A program made the position numbers and the translations under genes. Shown here piece after piece: positions 8,573 through 17,024 of a DNA stretch of 24,000 bases (position 1 is the first letter of the stretch; each line of letters opens with the position of its first letter). Location of the stretch: positions 42,387 to 66,386 of the forward strand of contig NZ_JAXGFQ010000009.1 of the NCBI RefSeq assembly GCF_051020825.1. The letters run 5' to 3'. The DNA comes from Moorella naiadis (nom. illeg.) (GTDB lineage: Bacteria; Bacillota; DSM-521; Neomoorellales; Neomoorellaceae). Below the pieces are notes generated by a model, which made no database searches, was not told where the DNA came from, and saw nothing but the letters and a program-made list of their open reading frames with translations.

Positions 8573-8610
8573 GGGCAACCCGGGCTGAGGCGGGTTGTCC
8601 TAAAATTTTT
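8573..8610 (+). terminator. riboswitch expression-platform terminator hairpin
   Basis: GGGCAACCCG-ggctgagg-CGGGTTGTCC followed by taaaaTTTTT; its 5' arm (GGCAACCCGG) can alternatively pair with aptamer 3' sequence CCGGGTTGCC (8530-8539). Confidence 0.7.
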
Positions 8611-8626
8611 ATAGGGGGTATGCTGG

Positions 8627-9589
8627 ATGAAGTATAAAAAATTAATCAGTACCCTGGCCATAACCGGCCTGCTCTTGCCAGCCGGCATAGCTTATGCCCT
8701 CCCGGGTAATGGTCATGACAACTATAGTCCTGGCCAATATACGGTAGTTACCGCTGGAGGGGCTAACTATGGGATTAAGGTTAAAGGGGAAGATAAACAA
8801 TTAGAAGATGAGTCAGAAGATCAGACAACCGAAGCTCAAGATGAGACTAGAAACAGGAAAGAAACCGAACCAAAAGAACAAGAAATAAAATCGCAGGAGG
8901 GGGCCAGGACGAAGGAAGAAAAAGAAGTGCAAGGATACCTAGACAAGGAAATTTCCGGGCTCCAGGTTACCCCGGAAGCACAGGTGAGGGAAGAAAACCA
9001 GGTAAGGGAAGAAACCCAAAATGCCGGTCTGGTGAAATTTCAAGGTAGAATCCGGGTTAAGAATAAAGAAATAAAATTTGATGTACCGCCAGTGATTAAA
9101 GGAAACCGGACCCTTATCCCCGTCAGGGCGGTTACCCAGGGTCTAGGCGCGACTATCAATTGGGACGAGGCAACCAACACCGTAACTATAACAAAAAATG
9201 GAATTACAGTAGTACTTATGCCTGGAAGTACAGAAGTAACCGTCAATGACACCAAAATCAATTTGGATGTCCCCGCGGCAATAATCAGCAACCGTACTTT
9301 TGTACCCTTGAGGTTTCTGGGTGAGGTATTTAAAGATAAAGTGCATTATGATGCAGCAACCGGCAACATTGATATTGAAGAAGGCAACGAAAACGAGGCA
9401 GGACAAGGTACTGAGTCTCCACCACCTGGTACAACGGCGCCTGAAAGTCCGGTTAACAGCAGTCCAACTACTACGACAGTACCGACAAGTACCAGCCCCA
9501 CACCTCCCGCAACAACAGGTACCAGTACGACAACTACTCCTTCCATCCCAGCGCCGACAACAACGACCTCCTCTTTACCTGCCGCATAA
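8627..9589 (+). CDS. exported copper amine oxidase N-terminal-domain protein with Ser/Thr/Pro-rich tail
   Basis: Signal peptide (LISTLAITGLLLPAGIAYA), KEIKFDVPPVIKGNRTLIPVRAVTQGLGATINWDEATNTVTI...ISNRTFVPLRFLGEVFKDKVHYD, and a Thr/Pro/Ser-rich C-terminus. Confidence 0.88.
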   Translation: MKYKKLISTLAITGLLLPAGIAYALPGNGHDNYSPGQYTVVTAGGANYGIKVKGEDKQLEDESEDQTTEAQDETRNRKETEPKEQEIKSQEGARTKEEKEVQGYLDKEISGLQVTPEAQVREENQVREETQNAGLVKFQGRIRVKNKEIKFDVPPVIKGNRTLIPVRAVTQGLGATINWDEATNTVTITKNGITVVLMPGSTEVTVNDTKINLDVPAAIISNRTFVPLRFLGEVFKDKVHYDAATGNIDIEEGNENEAGQGTESPPPGTTAPESPVNSSPTTTTVPTSTSPTPPATTGTSTTTTPSIPAPTTTTSSLPAA

Positions 9590-9597
9590 AGCGGCAC

Positions 9598-9632
9598 AAA
9601 TCCCTGCTTTTATCGCAGCGGGGATTTTTTTT
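9598..9632 (+). terminator. Rho-independent terminator
   Basis: AAATCCCTGC-ttttatc-GCAGCGGGGATTTTTTTT. Confidence 0.8.
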
Positions 9633-9701
9633 GCTGTTGCAAAGCCGGGTAGCTTGACTTGGTTAAGGACCGCGTTTTTACCGGCGCAGGTAAAATTTTC
9701 C

Positions 9702-9730
9702 TTGACGATAAAAAGGGTAGCACCTATAAT
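9702..9730 (+). promoter_or_regulatory. SigA-type promoter upstream of histidine kinase
   Basis: TTGACG-N17-TATAAT. Confidence 0.8.
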
Positions 9731-9891
9731 TAAATTGGTAGAATAGTGTCACTTTAGGGAGAAAAAAGTCGGTGGACGGTGCTTGGGGCCCCGGAGGTGC
9801 CACTATGGCCGAGGAATTGAGACACCGCCGGCAGCGGCCTTTATGACGCCGGGCGGCGTTTCCAGTAAAACTTATAGGTGGCGGTCCGAAA

Positions 9892-11328
9892 ATGAAAAAG
9901 TATTTTAATTCCAGAGTACTAGTGAGCATTATAGTCTTGTTAATTATTGGCGTCATAGGCCAGACTTTCTGGCTGTATGAGCAAATGACGGAACTGGCCC
10001 GTCGGTATTACCAGGTAGGCCGGGAGAGTTATACGGCTTTGTACAACCTGAAGAGCATAGAAAAGCTGGTCATGGATATGGAAACGGGGGTACGCGGTTA
10101 CCTCTTGACAGGCGATCCGGCTTTCCTGGATCCTTACAATGAAGCAAAGCAAGAGGTGCAGGATTATTACCAAAAATTGTCGGGGAATTTAAGCGGGGAT
10201 GCCGCCTCCCGCAGTTACCTGGAGAGCATTAAACAAGAAATTAAGGATTGGGTAGTGAAGATTGCCGGTCCGGCTATGGCCGACCGTAAGCTATTGGGGC
10301 CGGCGGCGACTTTACAAAATTTGACGGCCAGTATTGATTTTTCCCGGAGTAAATCCATCATGGACCGCCTCAGAGATAAGTTTGATCGGTTGGATACGAA
10401 CCTCGAGGCTCGCCGGGACCAACAAATGCAGGCTGTCTTAGACTGGAATCACCACATAACCATATTAATGATAGTAGTAACTGGGATACTACTGTTGGCT
10501 ATAATGGTTCTGGGCCTGGCGCTTTATCGCTTGCTGCGGCAAGTAGAGGTACAGAATGCCCAGCTCCTGGACAGGGAAGGAAGGCTGCAAAAAGCCATCC
10601 GGGAGTTATATATGGCTTCCAAGATGAAATCGGAGTTCCTGGCCAATATGAGCCATGAACTGCGCACGCCCTTAAACGCCATTATCGGCTTTGCCCAGGT
10701 ATTGCAGAAGCAATACTATGGGGCCTTAACTGAAAAACAGGTTAAGTATGTCGAGTATATCTTGACCAGCGGCCGGCATCTCTTAAGCCTGATCAACGAC
10801 ATCCTGGACCTGTCGAAGATAGAAGCCGGCAAGCTTGAATTGGAGCCAGCCACCTTTTCCCTGCCAAAACTACTGGAAAACAGTTTGATCATGGTAAAAG
10901 AAAAAGCAGTGCGGCACCGGTTGGAAGTTATTTTACAGGTGGACCCGGATATCCCGGAACTTACCGCCGATGAACGTAAAGTGAAGCAAATAGTCTATAA
11001 CCTGTTGAGCAATGCCGTTAAATTTACCCCCGACGGCGGTAAGATTACCGTCCGTGCCCGGCTTCTACCCGGTGATCAAGTACAGGTTAGCGTTGCCGAT
11101 ACGGGCATCGGCATCGCGCCGGCAGACCAGGAGAGGATTTTTGAGGCCTTTATCCAGGGCGACAGCGGTTATACCCGCCAGTATGAAGGGACGGGCCTGG
11201 GACTGGCCCTGGTCCGCCGCCTAGTTGAACTGCACGGGGGCCGGGTATGGGTGGAAAGCGCCGGCTCCGGCCAGGGTAGCACCTTCTACTTCACCTTGCC
11301 GCTACGGCTAGAAACGAAGGAGCAATGA
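9892..11328 (+). CDS. membrane histidine kinase with CHASE3-like sensor
   Basis: N-terminal TM, VMDMETGVRGYLLTGDPAFLDPYNEA (CHASE3 signature), second TM, H-box FLANMSHELRTPLNAIIGFAQVL, DTGIGIAPAD, GTGLGLALVRRLVELHGG. Confidence 0.93.
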   Translation: MKKYFNSRVLVSIIVLLIIGVIGQTFWLYEQMTELARRYYQVGRESYTALYNLKSIEKLVMDMETGVRGYLLTGDPAFLDPYNEAKQEVQDYYQKLSGNLSGDAASRSYLESIKQEIKDWVVKIAGPAMADRKLLGPAATLQNLTASIDFSRSKSIMDRLRDKFDRLDTNLEARRDQQMQAVLDWNHHITILMIVVTGILLLAIMVLGLALYRLLRQVEVQNAQLLDREGRLQKAIRELYMASKMKSEFLANMSHELRTPLNAIIGFAQVLQKQYYGALTEKQVKYVEYILTSGRHLLSLINDILDLSKIEAGKLELEPATFSLPKLLENSLIMVKEKAVRHRLEVILQVDPDIPELTADERKVKQIVYNLLSNAVKFTPDGGKITVRARLLPGDQVQVSVADTGIGIAPADQERIFEAFIQGDSGYTRQYEGTGLGLALVRRLVELHGGRVWVESAGSGQGSTFYFTLPLRLETKEQ

Positions 11329-11753
11329 TGATTAATAAAGATTCCGGGGGTGAAAACTTCATGGCGGGACCAATTTTAATAGTCGAGGATAACGAAGCCA
11401 ACCGGGTCTTGCTGGAAGAAATCCTGACCCTGGGGAATTATGAGGTTTTGAAAGCCGTTGATGGCGAGGAAGGGGTCCGCCTGGCCCGGGAACAACAACC
11501 CCGGTTGATTTTGATGGATATCCAGCTACCCGGCCTGGACGGAATCAGCGCCACCCAGGTCCTGAAGGGTGACTCTTTGACCCGCCATATCCCGGTTGTC
11601 GCTATTAGTTCTTACGCTTATGAGAGGGAGAAAGAACTTTTCCGGGCCGCCGGGGGTGACGCCTACCTCACCAAACCTATTGATGTTGATGTAGTATTGC
11701 AAACCGTAGCGAGGTTTCTGGAGGGAGAGGCTTCAGGTGGAAAAAATGCCTAA
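11325..11753 (+). CDS. single-domain response regulator
   Basis: ILIVEDNEANRVLLEEIL, LILMDIQLPGLDGI, VVAISSYAYERE, YLTKPIDVD; overlaps the kinase stop codon. Confidence 0.93.
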   Translation: MMINKDSGGENFMAGPILIVEDNEANRVLLEEILTLGNYEVLKAVDGEEGVRLAREQQPRLILMDIQLPGLDGISATQVLKGDSLTRHIPVVAISSYAYEREKELFRAAGGDAYLTKPIDVDVVLQTVARFLEGEASGGKNA

Positions 11754-13260
11754 GATCTTGGTGGTCGACGATGATGAGCTAAACCTGGCCTTAATGGAAG
11801 CCATGCTGGCGCCCGGCGGCTACCAGGTGCTGACGGCTGCTGATGGCGAGGAGGCCCTGGCGGTAGTGGCCCAAGAAAACCCGGACCTCATCCTCCTGGA
11901 CATCATGATGCCGCGCCTGGACGGCTTGACCGTCTGCCGCAGGCTGAAGGCAGACGAGGCGACTCGCTTTATACCCGTGATTTTGGTTACGGCCCTGGAT
12001 CAGCTTCAGGACCGGGTCGAGGGACTTGCCGCCGGGGCGGACGACTTTTTAACCAAGCCGGTTAACGAGCTGGAACTGACGACCAGGGTGCGCTCGTTGT
12101 TACGAGTAAAAAAGTTAAACGACCAGCTGCGCTACGCCCACGAACACATCAATTCTTTAACCCGCCATGTGGCGGGCCTGCTGCAGGAATTCAATCCCCT
12201 GTATTTTGAGTTAGAAGCGACCCTGCGGGAGCTTTTGCAGCAGTTACTTTTGTTAAAGGAGCTGGCGCCGGCGGCAGTACTGGTAGTTATGGCAGCCGGC
12301 CAGGGCCGTAGTCAAGGCTGGCTTTATTATCGTCAAGAGGGAACAATAAAGCAGGAAACAATTAAAATTCCCTTGCCGGCAGATGCCGGGGCCGTCCAGA
12401 GCATCCTCCGCGCCAGGGGAGAGGGCCTCTGCGGCAACCGGGGCGACCCTCAATGCGAAGAAGAAATCAATTTTTTTGCCTCCCAAGTGACGGGCTATAC
12501 CGGCGCTATTCACAATTTCGCCTGCTTTTATGATGGCCCCTTACTGCTAGCCGCCTTTAATTACCCGGCGGCGGTCACGGCCTATGAGCGGGATGTCCTG
12601 CAGAACCTATTGACATATAGCCGTTTCTTACAACTGGTGGCCGGGCAAATCCGGGACACGGAAGGGGCCTTTCACTATACCATCCAAGCCCTGGCCCGGG
12701 CCGCCGAGGCCAATGACGACGATACAGGCAATCATATCGTCCGGGTGGGCACCTTTGCCGCAGAGCTGGCCGGGGGCCTCGGCTGCCCACCGGATTTCTG
12801 CCGGGAGATCGCCCTGGCGGCCCAGATGCACGACGTGGGGAAGATTCACATCCACCCGGATATTTTACGCAAACCGGGCCGGCTAACCCCGGACGAATGG
12901 TTGTTGATGCAGCAGCACCCCCTTCACGGCGCCAGGATCCTGGGAGACGCCCCCAGGTTACGAATAGCCCGGGAGGTGGCCCTGCACCACCACGAGAAAT
13001 GGGACGGCAGCGGCTACCCTGCCGGCTTGCGGGGCGAGGCTATTTCCCTGGCGGGCCGGATTGTGGCTGTGGCCGACATTTATGACGCTTTAAGGAATAA
13101 ACGCAGCTATAAGCCCGCCTTTTCCCATCAGGAAGCCTGCCGGATTATTACTGCCGGCGACGGGCGGGTACAGCCGGGGCACTTTGACCCGGCGGTTCTG
13201 GCGGCTTTCCGGCGGGCTGCCTCCCACCTTGAAGAAATTTATGAAACAATAAAGGATTGA
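11737..13260 (+). CDS. response regulator with HD-GYP output domain (predicted c-di-GMP phosphodiesterase)
   Basis: Receiver ILVVDDDELNLALMEAML...LLDIMMPRLDG...FLTKPVNELEL plus HD-GYP motifs MHDVGK and HHHEKWDGSGYPAGLRGEAISLAGRIVAVADIYDAL. GTG 11737 or ATG 11746 start. Confidence 0.94.
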   Translation: MEKMPKILVVDDDELNLALMEAMLAPGGYQVLTAADGEEALAVVAQENPDLILLDIMMPRLDGLTVCRRLKADEATRFIPVILVTALDQLQDRVEGLAAGADDFLTKPVNELELTTRVRSLLRVKKLNDQLRYAHEHINSLTRHVAGLLQEFNPLYFELEATLRELLQQLLLLKELAPAAVLVVMAAGQGRSQGWLYYRQEGTIKQETIKIPLPADAGAVQSILRARGEGLCGNRGDPQCEEEINFFASQVTGYTGAIHNFACFYDGPLLLAAFNYPAAVTAYERDVLQNLLTYSRFLQLVAGQIRDTEGAFHYTIQALARAAEANDDDTGNHIVRVGTFAAELAGGLGCPPDFCREIALAAQMHDVGKIHIHPDILRKPGRLTPDEWLLMQQHPLHGARILGDAPRLRIAREVALHHHEKWDGSGYPAGLRGEAISLAGRIVAVADIYDALRNKRSYKPAFSHQEACRIITAGDGRVQPGHFDPAVLAAFRRAASHLEEIYETIKD

Positions 13261-13326
13261 AGTCATACCGCTGGGAACATTGCCAAACTGAGTGAGGGCC
13301 TGGTGCCTTTCCCGGCTCCCTGGCAA

Positions 13327-14610
13327 TTAAACCAACTGATTAAAGAATGATCCCGGAGGCAGCAGGAGGGACCAAAGATTGGCGGTGTTTAAAAACCCCC
13401 ACCAATTGTAAGAGGATAGGTAAGGGGTATTTAGCTGTGGTAAGGGGTTAGCAAAGGTAGTTAGGGGGTTGGTGGCGATCTGTTGGGCGTTAAACCCAGC
13501 TGATACGGCCAAGCCGTTGACCCCACTGAAGGCAGTCTCTACCAATCCCAAGTTATTCTGGAGGGCGCTGGTAAGGGCAGTTTGGTTAATAGCCAGGGTG
13601 CCGTTCTGGTTCTGGGTAATGCCTATGGCGGCCAGGTTCGCGGCTTGATAACTATAGCTTTGCTTTAAAATAGAAAGTAGCTGCGGACTGATATACTGTG
13701 AATTTTGCGCCGTAAAGGTCACCAGGTTGTTATAGGCCGTCACGAAATTGTTGATGGCGTTGTTTATAGCTTGGGTATCAGGAGTGACTGTAATGGTGGC
13801 GTTAGTTACTGTACCTAAGAGATTTAAACTCAGTTTTCGGTTATCCAGGTAGATGGTGTTGCTTGTGGAAGTGTAAGGGACACCATTGAGGGTGTAACTA
13901 GCATTGGCTGCCGCAACAGAAACCGTGTTAGCCCCACTATAAGCGACAGCATTGCCGGTCACATCAGTTAAGGTGAAGGCATTACTGGTACCGGTATTCT
14001 GGGCAGTTAAAACCACGCGGCTGGTACCGGCTACAGTATCGGTAGCTACCTTGGCGGTAACCGGCGCGCCGGCAGCATTGATGGCCTTGGCCATGTTAGT
14101 GAGTACAGTTAGGTTAGTATCGCCAGAATTAACGGTAAAGGATAGGGAATAAGTCTTGCCGCCTGTTTGCAGGTTGAAATTATAACTACCTGGCGCCAGC
14201 CCGGTAGCCGCGGCGCTGGTCAGGGCGAGGCCCATGTTTTGCTGGGCGGTGGCGATCTGGCTTATGCTCATAGTATAAGTAGCTAAAGTTGCCCCCGGCT
14301 GGGCCTGGGCAGTAACGGCGCTGGGAGCAGATGAAGTTGTTGTTCTCTGCAAGAATACATTAGCGCTGGTGCTAAGCTGTAAGGGCTGGGAAGCCTCCCA
14401 AAGCTGGCGGCCATAGTTGCTCAGAGTGGCCAAGCTATTGGCCAAGAGAGAAGGCTGCTGCCGGTTCCAGTTATTAACCCATAAGGCTTCCTGAGCTATG
14501 TTGAGTGGTGCTCCCGGCTGGTAAGGGTAAGAAGGCGCTGAGGGATTTAAGAGATAACTCGCCAGCCAATAATTAGGGGACCAGTAATTGCTGTACAACG
14601 GGCCAACCAT
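13327..14610 (-). CDS. stand-alone FliD-like / flagellar hook-associated protein 2-like protein
   Basis: TYTMSISQIATAQQNMGLALTS..., GSYNFNLQTGGKTYSLSFTVNSGDTNLTVLTNMAKAINAAGAPVTAKVA...GTSRVVLTAQNTGTSNAFTL, VTPDTQAINNAINNFVTAYNNL; AAGGAGAT Shine-Dalgarno on the minus strand. Confidence 0.75.
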   Translation of the reverse strand: MVGPLYSNYWSPNYWLASYLLNPSAPSYPYQPGAPLNIAQEALWVNNWNRQQPSLLANSLATLSNYGRQLWEASQPLQLSTSANVFLQRTTTSSAPSAVTAQAQPGATLATYTMSISQIATAQQNMGLALTSAAATGLAPGSYNFNLQTGGKTYSLSFTVNSGDTNLTVLTNMAKAINAAGAPVTAKVATDTVAGTSRVVLTAQNTGTSNAFTLTDVTGNAVAYSGANTVSVAAANASYTLNGVPYTSTSNTIYLDNRKLSLNLLGTVTNATITVTPDTQAINNAINNFVTAYNNLVTFTAQNSQYISPQLLSILKQSYSYQAANLAAIGITQNQNGTLAINQTALTSALQNNLGLVETAFSGVNGLAVSAGFNAQQIATNPLTTFANPLPQLNTPYLSSYNWWGFLNTANLWSLLLPPGSFFNQLV

Positions 14611-14722
14611 GCGAGATCATCTCCTTGGTAACATCTTGTGAAACCTATTATAACACTAAGAAATAAAATAGGGAAGATTTAATCTTGTAGCTGGTCCATT
14701 GCTTTGCACAGGGATTACAGCT

Positions 14723-15265
14723 TCAGGGCAGGATCAAGGCCAGCCGCCTGGCTACGGGAACAATCCTGGGCCAAAGATAGGCAACGATAATGCTGGCCAC
14801 TATGCCTACCACGGCGCCGCCGATAACATCCGCAGGGTAGTGGACCCCGACGTAAACCCGGGCGATCATTATTACCAGCGACAAAACCATCAGGCCGTAA
14901 TGCAGGCCTTTAGACCGGGCGCTCCACGTCAGGGCCCAGGCCAGGGCGGCATGATCGCTGGGGAAGGAGGAATCCGGAGCGTGGGGGATCAAAAGCTTGA
15001 CATGGTTATGGACAAAGGGGCGGGGCCGGTAGTAGCAAGTACCGATAACCAGGTTGATGACCAGGGCCAGGGAGGCTGTCGCTGCGGCCTTGAGGACCAG
15101 CAAGCGCTCCTCGCCGGATTTTTCCCCCCGGCCGGCAAACCAGAAGTAGATATAGGGTAACAACAAAACGAAGGGGCCGTAAAGGGCCATAAAGCGCATG
15201 AGTAGATCCAGGTCACGCCAGTGGCCGGCCAGGTTGTTGATGGCCGCAAACAGGTGCCCGTCCAT
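14723..15265 (-). CDS. PAP2-superfamily phosphatase (possible undecaprenyl-diphosphatase)
   Basis: YYRPRPF, PSDHAALAWAL, ARVYVGVHYPADVIGGAVVG: the three PAP2 motifs. Confidence 0.9.
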   Translation of the reverse strand: MDGHLFAAINNLAGHWRDLDLLMRFMALYGPFVLLLPYIYFWFAGRGEKSGEERLLVLKAAATASLALVINLVIGTCYYRPRPFVHNHVKLLIPHAPDSSFPSDHAALAWALTWSARSKGLHYGLMVLSLVIMIARVYVGVHYPADVIGGAVVGIVASIIVAYLWPRIVPVARRLALILP

Positions 15266-15369
15266 CAGGAAGGCCTCCTTAACCGGGGAATGTTAAGGTT
15301 CAATATACAGCATTATACAGCATAAAGATTAAAAGCGCATTAAATTAGGGCAATCAAGGTAAAATTTTC

Positions 15370-15398
15370 TTGACGGCAAGAAGGGGGACTTCTATAAT
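15370..15398 (+). promoter_or_regulatory. SigA-type promoter of the stressosome operon
   Basis: TTGACG-N17-TATAAT followed by AAGGAGG and GTG at 15438. Confidence 0.85.
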
Positions 15399-15437
15399 TA
15401 CCTTGTCTATTAATGTCAAATTAAGGAGGAAAAAGTC

Positions 15438-16256
15438 GTGGGTGTGTTCGGTGAAATCGAACCAGAAACTATTATCAATGCTGCCATTGAACTCTTAAAA
15501 AAAGAGGGACGGGTCGACCTGCAATGGAACGAGATTTCCGCTTTAACCCGAGACCTTTGCCTGGCCCTGGCGGCAGATATTGAGCAGCCCGCTTTTACGA
15601 CGGCGGAGCTGGAGAAAGAAATCACAGATAAAGTTAAGCTACTCTTTGCCCGGGGTTACCATATTGAAAACCTCCAGCTAATATTGGAAAAAATTCTGGA
15701 TAGCTTTATCGGGACTTTACAGGATCAGGGTACCGATCTCCAGGCAGCAGTACCTTATATAAGCACTGTGCGGGAACATATCTTTAAAGGAACGACCTTC
15801 TTGTTACGAACAGCCCTACAGACCCAGCGCGAGGTTATCGAGAAGCAAAACGAAGCTTTAATGGAGCTGTCTACTCCGGTCATCCCTTTAATGCAGGACA
15901 TCCTTTTGCTGCCGTTAATCGGCACCATCGATACCCGCCGGGCCAAAGAGATAATGGATAATCTCTTAGCAGGCATCGTCCAATACCAGGCCGAGGTTGC
16001 CCTGATCGACATCAGCGGCGTGCCGGTGGTAGATACCCAGGTAGCCCATCACTTGATCAAAACCGTCAAGGCCGCCAGGCTTTTAGGCAGCCGCTGTATC
16101 TTAGTCGGCATCAGGCCGGAACTGGCCCAGACAATTGTCCGCCTGGGGATTGACTTCCAGGATATTATCACTAAAAACAACCTCCAGGCCGGGCTGGTAC
16201 TGGCTTTTCGCTGGCTGGGTTATAAGCTGGAGCGGGTGGAACGGGATGATGCATAA
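15438..16256 (+). CDS. rsbR: RsbR-like stressosome protein (variable N-terminal domain plus STAS)
   Basis: STAS part LSTPVIPLMQDILLLPLIGTIDTRRAKEIMDNLL...VALIDISGVPVVDTQVAHHLIKTVKAARLLGSRCILVGIRPELAQTIVRLGI; first gene of the RST-X cluster. Confidence 0.92.
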   Translation: MGVFGEIEPETIINAAIELLKKEGRVDLQWNEISALTRDLCLALAADIEQPAFTTAELEKEITDKVKLLFARGYHIENLQLILEKILDSFIGTLQDQGTDLQAAVPYISTVREHIFKGTTFLLRTALQTQREVIEKQNEALMELSTPVIPLMQDILLLPLIGTIDTRRAKEIMDNLLAGIVQYQAEVALIDISGVPVVDTQVAHHLIKTVKAARLLGSRCILVGIRPELAQTIVRLGIDFQDIITKNNLQAGLVLAFRWLGYKLERVERDDA

Positions 16257-16620
16257 CCGGGTACCCATCCTTAAAGTAGATAATTTCTGGCTGGTGACCA
16301 TTGAAGAAACCCTTCACGACCAGAGTGTTATCCAGTTTAAGGAGGATTTATTATATAATATCACCCGGGATGCCGGCGCGGGCCTGGTGATTGATATCAG
16401 TGCCCTGGAAGTGGTGGACAGTTTCGTGACCAGGGTCCTCATGGAGATCGGCAGGCTGGCCGGGTTGCTGGGCCTGCCCTTTGTCCTGACGGGCATCAAC
16501 CCGGCGGTAGCCATTACTTTAACGGAGATGGGCCTGGATCTCCAGGGTATGGCCACGGCTTTGAACTTGCAAAAGGGCCTGGATATGTTAAAAGGTAGGG
16601 CCAGGGGGGAGCCAAAATGA
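16246..16620 (+). CDS. rsbS: RsbS-like STAS anti-sigma factor antagonist
   Basis: MMHNRVPILKVDNFWLVTIEETLHDQSVIQFKEDLLYNI...GLVIDISALEVVDSFVTRVLMEIGRLAGLLG; start at 16246/16249 overlaps the rsbR stop. Confidence 0.93.
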   Translation: MMHNRVPILKVDNFWLVTIEETLHDQSVIQFKEDLLYNITRDAGAGLVIDISALEVVDSFVTRVLMEIGRLAGLLGLPFVLTGINPAVAITLTEMGLDLQGMATALNLQKGLDMLKGRARGEPK

Positions 16621-17024
16621 CATCTGGGCAAACCCTCCCCATCACCAGCGAATATGATATAATTACGGCCCGGCAGGCAGCCCGGGAACTGGCCCGGCAA
16701 ATAGGCTTCAACACAGTGGACCAGGTGCGGATAGCCACGGCCGTCTCGGAACTGACTCGCAACGTGATCCTTTACGCCGGTTCCGGCAAGGTGGATATAG
16801 AAGCGGTAGCCGAGGGAGAACGCCAGGGCATCGTGATTACCGTCAGCGACCGAGGGCCAGGCATCGCCGATATCGAGCAGGCTTTAAGGGACGGCTATTC
16901 GACCAGTAATGGCCTGGGTGCGGGCCTCTCTGGAGCTAAGCGACTAATGGATACCTTTGACATAGAATCCCGGGCCGGCCGGGGTACCACTATCAGGATT
17001 GGGAAGTGGAAGCACTGGAAGTAG
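16617..17024 (+). CDS. rsbT: RsbT-like serine/threonine kinase
   Basis: QVRIATAVSELTRNVILYAG, VSDRGPGIADIEQALRDGYSTSNGLGAGLSGAKRLMDTFDIES: GHKL fold with RsbT-type motifs; ATGA overlap with rsbS. Confidence 0.95.
   Translation: MTSGQTLPITSEYDIITARQAARELARQIGFNTVDQVRIATAVSELTRNVILYAGSGKVDIEAVAEGERQGIVITVSDRGPGIADIEQALRDGYSTSNGLGAGLSGAKRLMDTFDIESRAGRGTTIRIGKWKHWK

Noticed and set aside
9321-9746. 141-aa plus-strand ORF overlapping the end of the riboswitch-controlled gene
   Set aside because: Out-of-frame reading of the Thr/Pro-rich tail continuing through the terminator and promoter; low-complexity composition.
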